Assembly: GCA_002633005.1 (NCBI GenBank)
Contig: NMRA01000008.1
Location: forward strand, 1,131,974-1,195,973
Source: Phoronis australis
Lineage: Eukaryota; Animalia; Phoronida
Length of the DNA: 64,000 nucleotides
Direction of reading: 5' to 3'
A program made the translations under genes and the position numbers. Below the pieces are notes generated by a model. It was given only the letters and a program-made list of their open reading frames with translations. It did no database searches and had not been told where the DNA came from. Each line of letters begins with the position of its first letter. The stretch's first letter is position 1. Shown piece after piece: positions 61,501 to 64,000 of this stretch.

Positions 61501-63345
61501 GACAGTGGCCCTCCACTGATAAGCAGTGATTTACAATGTGATCAATGCATGTAGTCAACAGTGTAGAATAAGCCATTATCAGACATTCACAGTACAGAAC
61601 AGAGATAACCAACCTATCAAAATAAGCGGCTGTCCATAGTTCAAACACTGATAGTCAAGCACTGACTACATTATAAACAAGATCAGAGGTGAAACTAAAT
61701 GGTGCGTGACAATAAAAGTGTTTTCTGAATCCTCAATCAGGCCGGCAACCATTTGTCAGATTTTTATTTGCTCTCAAACAACAGAGAGATATAAGCCATC
61801 AATTTCCATTTTTACAAAAACCTCTCAAGTCTTCCTTTTTAAAGCTGATATCACTGTTGTGCGAAAGAAGATAAAAAATCTGAGACACGGTTCTTTTGGC
61901 CAAAGACCATAAAATAGGCATGAGAATTGATCTATACACCACGCAGAAGTCTTATGTTCAAACCCAAACGTCTAAAATCAAACGGACCAAAAATGGTTGA
62001 TAAAGACTTAACCCTGGAATTGAAATCACCCGATTCAGAAGTAAGCCTAGACAGGTCAACTAATCTTTATCTAACACCTATGATCTGCTGGCCACGAGAC
62101 AGCTGGGTTGTAAGAAGAGGGGGGTTAGTCAGGGGACACAGCGTTCCCCAATAAATTAATGCATTTGTAGCCTCAGGGGAAAAACCAAGGTTGCAAAAGA
62201 TTGGAGAATAGCGGAGTTTGCGACGAAAAGGGAGTGTGCTGGAGACACGGGGTGTATCTGATTTCGTGACTCTTGCTGATGGGCAGAAGACTGTATACGA
62301 ATATTGTGCTTACGAAAAATATTACCATGAAATTTGACGACTTTATGACTTTACTTGAAACTTTTGCTTCAAAGAGAAAATTAAACCACTTAGTGAATTG
62401 AAATTTGACCATAGACTTGACTCACATCAGTTCTTACCATGAAATTCTTTGGATTGTAAAATGGGTGTCGGTTATTTTCCAGTGCAGACAGTTGGTTGAC
62501 TAATTCCTCGACTAGAATCTAAAATGAGTAAGACAAGTTTCACACAACAGTTCCACAAACTACACACAACGATTTCAACTCTTACACCTTTCCAAAGAAA
62601 GTTTTCAAATTCAAAGCGCATTATGCTTTAAGCACATTTCTATTTCAATACTTTGTATCTCAGCAGAAACGTTAGTGTAGTTACACGAACATAATCTAAA
62701 ATACAAAATACAAAATACAATAAAGTAACTTTTCAGCTGATTAATAAAAATAATGCTCAAATCAGGGACGAATCCAGGATTTTGAGTTAGGGGGGTCAGG
62801 GAAGAGTATTAGCCACGATTTTGTCCGTCTGACATTCGCACCCCCGAACTGCCAAATGGGGGGCCATGGCCTCCTTGGGCCCCCTCTAAATCCGCCACTG
62901 CAAATAATGCATTAATAATTCTGTCAAGTATACAAAGCATGCTAATCTCATTGTAAATTACATAAACCCCAAAAAATCATACCAAATATTCAACCCAATG
63001 ATAAACAACTGCTAGAATTTAAAACATTTAAACATAGAAATAACAGACCTTTGAAAGTGACCTTTTTCCGTATATCTCCCTCAATTTCTTCTCCTGTAGT
63101 TGCATAACGTCTGTGGTGAGTCCATAGGCACACCTGAGATGTTCGCACAAGTTCTCCGGTTGTATTAGCGATGACGACTCATCGTTATCATTGACATCGA
63201 TTGGTACGCCTTCCAGAATGGGTTCGGAGATCTTGTGAGTGGTGAAAGTCTTCACTGTGGGGCTGAGGGGTGTGGTCGGTGGCTGAGGGGCACACAGTTG
63301 AGGGTACTGGGCACAAAGCAGAGCATGGCGCAGCACACTCAACTC
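15862..63345 (-). CDS. Large multi-exon Munc13/UNC-13-family (MUN-domain) protein gene, 5'-incomplete, atypical architecture
   Basis: 23 GT-AG exons: 63049-63345, 62438-62518, 59833-59996, 58686-58797, 58061-58213, 57174-57279, 55755-55942, 55070-55143, 54120-54213, 53264-53352, 52306-52411, 51477-51653, 47359-49648, 45760-45872, 44479-44577, 43299-43442, 26609-26753, 24801-24928, 23552-23740, 22633-22716, [phase break], 19310-19423, 17724-17987, 15862-16592. All joins are phase-compatible except across the N at 20153. MUN-type motifs: LLKEFALRYGI, SSSVVDLL, MCTRINN, LQPLTDFLNSHL...FRCFLEQFW, and the tail TRMKTDELAKAF. Confidence 0.8.
17724..17987 (-). CDS. MUN-protein gene exon (donor position uncertain)
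   Basis: Acceptor ttttgtttcctAG; NQRKFSYPHL...; several phase-1 donors are possible. Confidence 0.6.
18776..19182. mobile_element. MITE family A, copy 2
   Basis: TTGCATGAAACAGTCCAAAATAGGG ... CCCTATTTGGGACTGTTTCATGCAAC; colinear with 10272-10660. Confidence 0.8.
19310..19423 (-). CDS. MUN-protein gene exon (DEP-like helix)
   Basis: tttttgtAG; HMSPAFIQSKDYIQGLAQTMLDKGLLVSVDEDIYSHD; phase 1-1. Confidence 0.75.
19700..19835 (+). mobile_element. Degenerate Penelope-like retroelement 3' fragment
   Basis: Frameshifted LNRDRG-(Y/Q)LPVVYDLIL resembles the C-terminus of Penelope GIY-YIG ORFs; followed by a decayed hammerhead-like GTGAACAAGGCA...TGCAGAAACGTC. Confidence 0.45.
20154..22589. repeat. 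40-bp tandem minisatellite (~61 copies; dimer of two related 20-mers)
   Basis: Unit AAGTAAAATTTCTGTTATTC-GACTAAAATTTCTGTTACCT, invariant until ~22377; begins immediately after the N at 20153. Confidence 0.98.
22633..22716 (-). CDS. MUN-protein gene exon
   Basis: NFEQEVDLLKRSGKDTEIQAEIMLNCIA; phase 0-0. Confidence 0.8.
23552..23740 (-). CDS. MUN-protein gene exon (MHD2-like)
   Basis: VNLFAREAL...LQPLTDFLNSHL...FLEQFWVLMIE; phase 0-0. Confidence 0.88.
24208..24320. repeat. Dispersed repeat fragment (related copies at ~53440-53585 and ~59143-59295)
   Basis: TGTTAACAGCAAAA..CTGGTAATAACTATTA and GGCTTC(C/T)GCTCA blocks shared with the 59-kb copy; the 53-kb copy is more diverged. Confidence 0.6.
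24801..24928 (-). CDS. MUN-protein gene exon
   Basis: INTPVSEG...LLKVLAYK; phase 1-0. Confidence 0.8.
26609..26753 (-). CDS. MUN-protein gene exon following the 16.5-kb intron
   Basis: MCTRINNLTCLLDILPQLQQKL...; phase 0-1. Confidence 0.85.
30607..30740 (-). CDS. Nested cytokine-like gene exon 5 (CD loop, helix D, stop)
   Basis: aatttttcAG; HWINENVYITPLNAIRGSDIRRFYVLLCNVKRLVRNANVPDIV-TAG. Confidence 0.78.
30607..38142 (-). CDS. Nested secreted four-helix cytokine-like protein (Unpaired/IL-6-like candidate), 209 aa, 5 exons
   Basis: Exons 38130-38142, 37340-37545, 34068-34190, 31276-31429 and 30607-30740 total 630 nt, all GT-AG, phases 1,0,0,1, open from ATG to TAG. Signal peptide MKMRVVAVVVMWLTLVSA; FHNPCG motif; 8 Cys; four amphipathic helices. 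Confidence 0.8.
31276..31429 (-). CDS. Nested cytokine-like gene exon 4 (helices B and C)
   Basis: VVRLYNCLATFTHLVE...MDELLAEIYSVLCDLKSSS; tttcAG / GTAAGT; phase 0-1. Confidence 0.8.
34068..34190 (-). CDS. Nested cytokine-like gene exon 3 (long AB loop)
   Basis: ADCYGVPDLSC...GNATSEQK; ttttcAG / GTTTGT; phase 0-0. Confidence 0.8.
34490..34643 (-). mobile_element. tRNA-derived SINE-like fragment
   Basis: Minus strand begins GGTCCCGATTACTCGGTGG (A-box-like), with GCTTCAAGTCC (B-box-like) at tRNA-type spacing; no intact cloverleaf. Confidence 0.45.
34958..35081. mobile_element. MITE family B, copy 2 (left end truncated)
   Basis: TAGGACCTCGCTAAAAAGCAAGACTTCGCGA...AGGTCCTAG...CTGAACGCACGCC matches 13848-13980. 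Confidence 0.8.
37340..37545 (-). CDS. Nested cytokine-like gene exon 2 (signal peptide, NPCG, helix A)
   Basis: ttgcAG|TG GTT GCC...KQDV|GTAAGT. Confidence 0.85.
38130..38142 (-). CDS. Nested cytokine-like gene exon 1
   Basis: caacATG AAG ATG AGA G|GTACGT; an in-frame upstream ATG at 38154 is also possible. Confidence 0.7.
38225..38320 (-). promoter_or_regulatory. Putative promoter of the nested gene (TATA-like, NF-kB-like and C/EBP-like motifs)
   Basis: Minus-strand GAATAAAAA (~38227-38235) and GGGAATTTCA (38294-38303); plus-strand GGGAAATCGG (38254-38263) and TTATGCAA (38311-38318). Motif matches only. Confidence 0.35.
42888..42978. repeat. Inverted repeat core of a palindromic non-autonomous element
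   Basis: Perfect 18-bp arms ATATCAGGTCATATGGAC / GTCCATATGACCTGATAT; a similar arm structure lies at ~55440-55525. Confidence 0.6.
43299..43442 (-). CDS. MUN-protein gene exon preceding the 16.5-kb intron
   Basis: AILHL...RFEPINQQ; donor GTAAGA; phase 0-0. Confidence 0.85.
44479..44577 (-). CDS. MUN-protein gene exon
   Basis: TMDSVLCIYADNMLCMDIC...LLGEE; phase 0-0. Confidence 0.85.
45760..45872 (-). CDS. MUN-protein gene exon (an alternative acceptor near 45950 is possible)
   Basis: NRSGQW...RRDIYSKVIQ; phase 1-0. Confidence 0.7.
45984..46307. mobile_element. MITE family C, copy 1 (CAG(T/G)G..GGAT termini)
   Basis: CAGTGACGGATTTAG...AAAATCCTGGATCCATCCCTG; an inverted, internally shorter copy lies at 62763-62900. 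Confidence 0.75.
47359..49648 (-). CDS. MUN-protein gene giant exon (2,290 nt; Ser/Asp-rich insertion ending in SSSVVDLL)
   Basis: 820-aa ORF; acceptor tttccAG; donor G|GTAAAT (phase 1). Confidence 0.9.
51477..51653 (-). CDS. MUN-protein gene exon
   Basis: FETLRLHPD...THSSK; phase 0-0. Confidence 0.75.
52306..52411 (-). CDS. MUN-protein gene exon
   Basis: LQTWRPYFAKKSLNWLDVME...SVGCEK; phase 2-0. Confidence 0.8.
53264..53352 (-). CDS. MUN-protein gene exon
   Basis: HHDEIDLLMVSLAYRLHQLDMEW; phase 0-2. Confidence 0.8.
53615..53840. repeat. ~56-bp tandem repeat, 4 copies
   Basis: GTACACAGGTACTAGACTATAAGACCTTCCTCATTAATGCCCACAGGTTGGTGTCC repeated. Confidence 0.92.
54120..54213 (-). CDS. MUN-protein gene exon
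   Basis: YFDISGSSALAFYGYLMADVIALCEQ; phase 2-0. Confidence 0.8.
55070..55143 (-). CDS. MUN-protein gene exon
   Basis: LNVILMNIRDEVTDYKQNYQATFE; phase 0-2. Confidence 0.8.
55755..55942 (-). CDS. MUN-protein gene exon
   Basis: CLIHLLSSLLEIE...LSPKL; phase 1-0; donor GTGAGT. Confidence 0.85.
57174..57279 (-). CDS. MUN-protein gene exon
   Basis: YDILLYTIAW...RLYPENKPAEAV; phase 0-1. Confidence 0.85.
57320..57570. repeat. Degenerate ~45-bp tandem repeat
   Basis: Recurrent GGAATGAAATGGTA...GGTATACA...ATACAGTATTGTTAT units. Confidence 0.65.
58061..58213 (-). CDS. MUN-protein gene exon
   Basis: GELYQQIIYLQYLVEH...MVKQE; phase 0-0; donor GTAAGT. Confidence 0.85.
58686..58797 (-). CDS. MUN-protein gene exon
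   Basis: YDNEG...SQRLLKEFALRYGI; phase 2-0; donor GTAAGT. Confidence 0.85.
59833..59996 (-). CDS. MUN-protein gene exon
   Basis: SRNGYDLWQQSQRHQIMDLI...LLQNTLL; phase 0-2. Confidence 0.8.
61265..61362. repeat. Perfect 49-bp tandem duplication
   Basis: AAAGTCTGTGTGTTTTTAACACCTGAACATAGCTTATATATAGCCACTT twice. Confidence 0.92.
62438..62518 (-). CDS. MUN-protein gene exon
   Basis: ILVEELVNQLSALENNRHPFYNPKNFM; ttttAG / GTAAGA; phase 0-0. Confidence 0.8.
62763..62900. mobile_element. MITE family C, copy 2
   Basis: CAGGGACGAATCCAGGATTTTGAGTTAGG...CTAAATCCGCCACTG, flanked by CAAAT on both sides. Confidence 0.75.
63049..63345 (-). CDS. MUN-protein gene, first visible exon
   Basis: Acceptor ctctctttggttcctctccAG; ELSVLRHALL...RSLSK; donor GTCTGT; phase 0-0. 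Confidence 0.75.
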
Positions 63346-64000
63346 CTGGAGAGGAACCAAAGAGAGATTTGCAAGAGGCAATGGTACCTGATACTCCGCA
63401 ACTTTAACAACTAGTCTACAATCATTGCTATATGTGACAAATTCCATACTAGCCATCATTTTTGTCGAAAACTGAAGCGATTTTACCATGCTTAGTGGAT
63501 ATGTCAATTTCTCATATGGGACGTTTACTCATCCACAACTATAGCCAATGTGTCGTCAAATGACAAGTCACAGACAAACAAACACAATAACCAGATGACA
63601 GACACTATCAGTCATTGAGCTAGGTGAATAACTAGATGCCAAAAAATTACAAATCACAAGAACTACTTTCAGTGCTGGTGAAGCTGGGTCTGCAGGAAAG
63701 TAAGATGAAACAGCAAACAACAACTTACTAAGAGATGTGAAGCTAAATTTTACCACTGTATTATTCACAATATTCAAAAATAATTGCCAAATACCCTTTT
63801 TCATTTCGCAAATTAAGGCTTCTGTGTGACTCCCATGGTTTGTCAAAACATACAATGATAGTAAGGCACAGAACACAAAAATCAAAGCACTTATTGCGTG
63901 CTGTTTATGAAAGTCTTACGAAAAAACGAAGAAATGAAATTTCACTTATCCACCATATTGACATTGTGTCTGAATTATTGAGATTTTACAGTAATACCGA

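Overview
Eukaryotic (animal, probably marine invertebrate) genomic DNA: AT-rich, with GT-AG introns and many non-autonomous transposon remnants, and no prokaryotic-type features. Three genes can be rebuilt by hand from splice sites and reading-frame phases. (1) A small plus-strand gene with two coding exons (9382-11710). (2) A very large minus-strand gene whose 5' end lies beyond the window (23 visible coding exons, 63345 to 15862, about 1,980 visible codons). It encodes an atypical Munc13/MUN-domain protein with a ~770-aa insertion in the MUN domain and a split DEP-like segment before a Munc13-type C-terminal helix. (3) The main finding: a complete 5-exon gene nested on the SAME strand inside the 16.5-kb intron of gene 2 (38142 to 30607). 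It encodes a 209-aa secreted protein with 8 Cys, an N-terminal NPCG motif and four amphipathic helices, i.e. a candidate Unpaired/IL-6-type long-chain helical cytokine. Also present: a Helentron/HINE-like element, several MITE families, a degenerate Penelope fragment, a tRNA-derived SINE fragment, and a 40-bp tandem array next to an assembly N where host-gene exons appear to be missing. Family assignments are from recalled motifs, not database searches.
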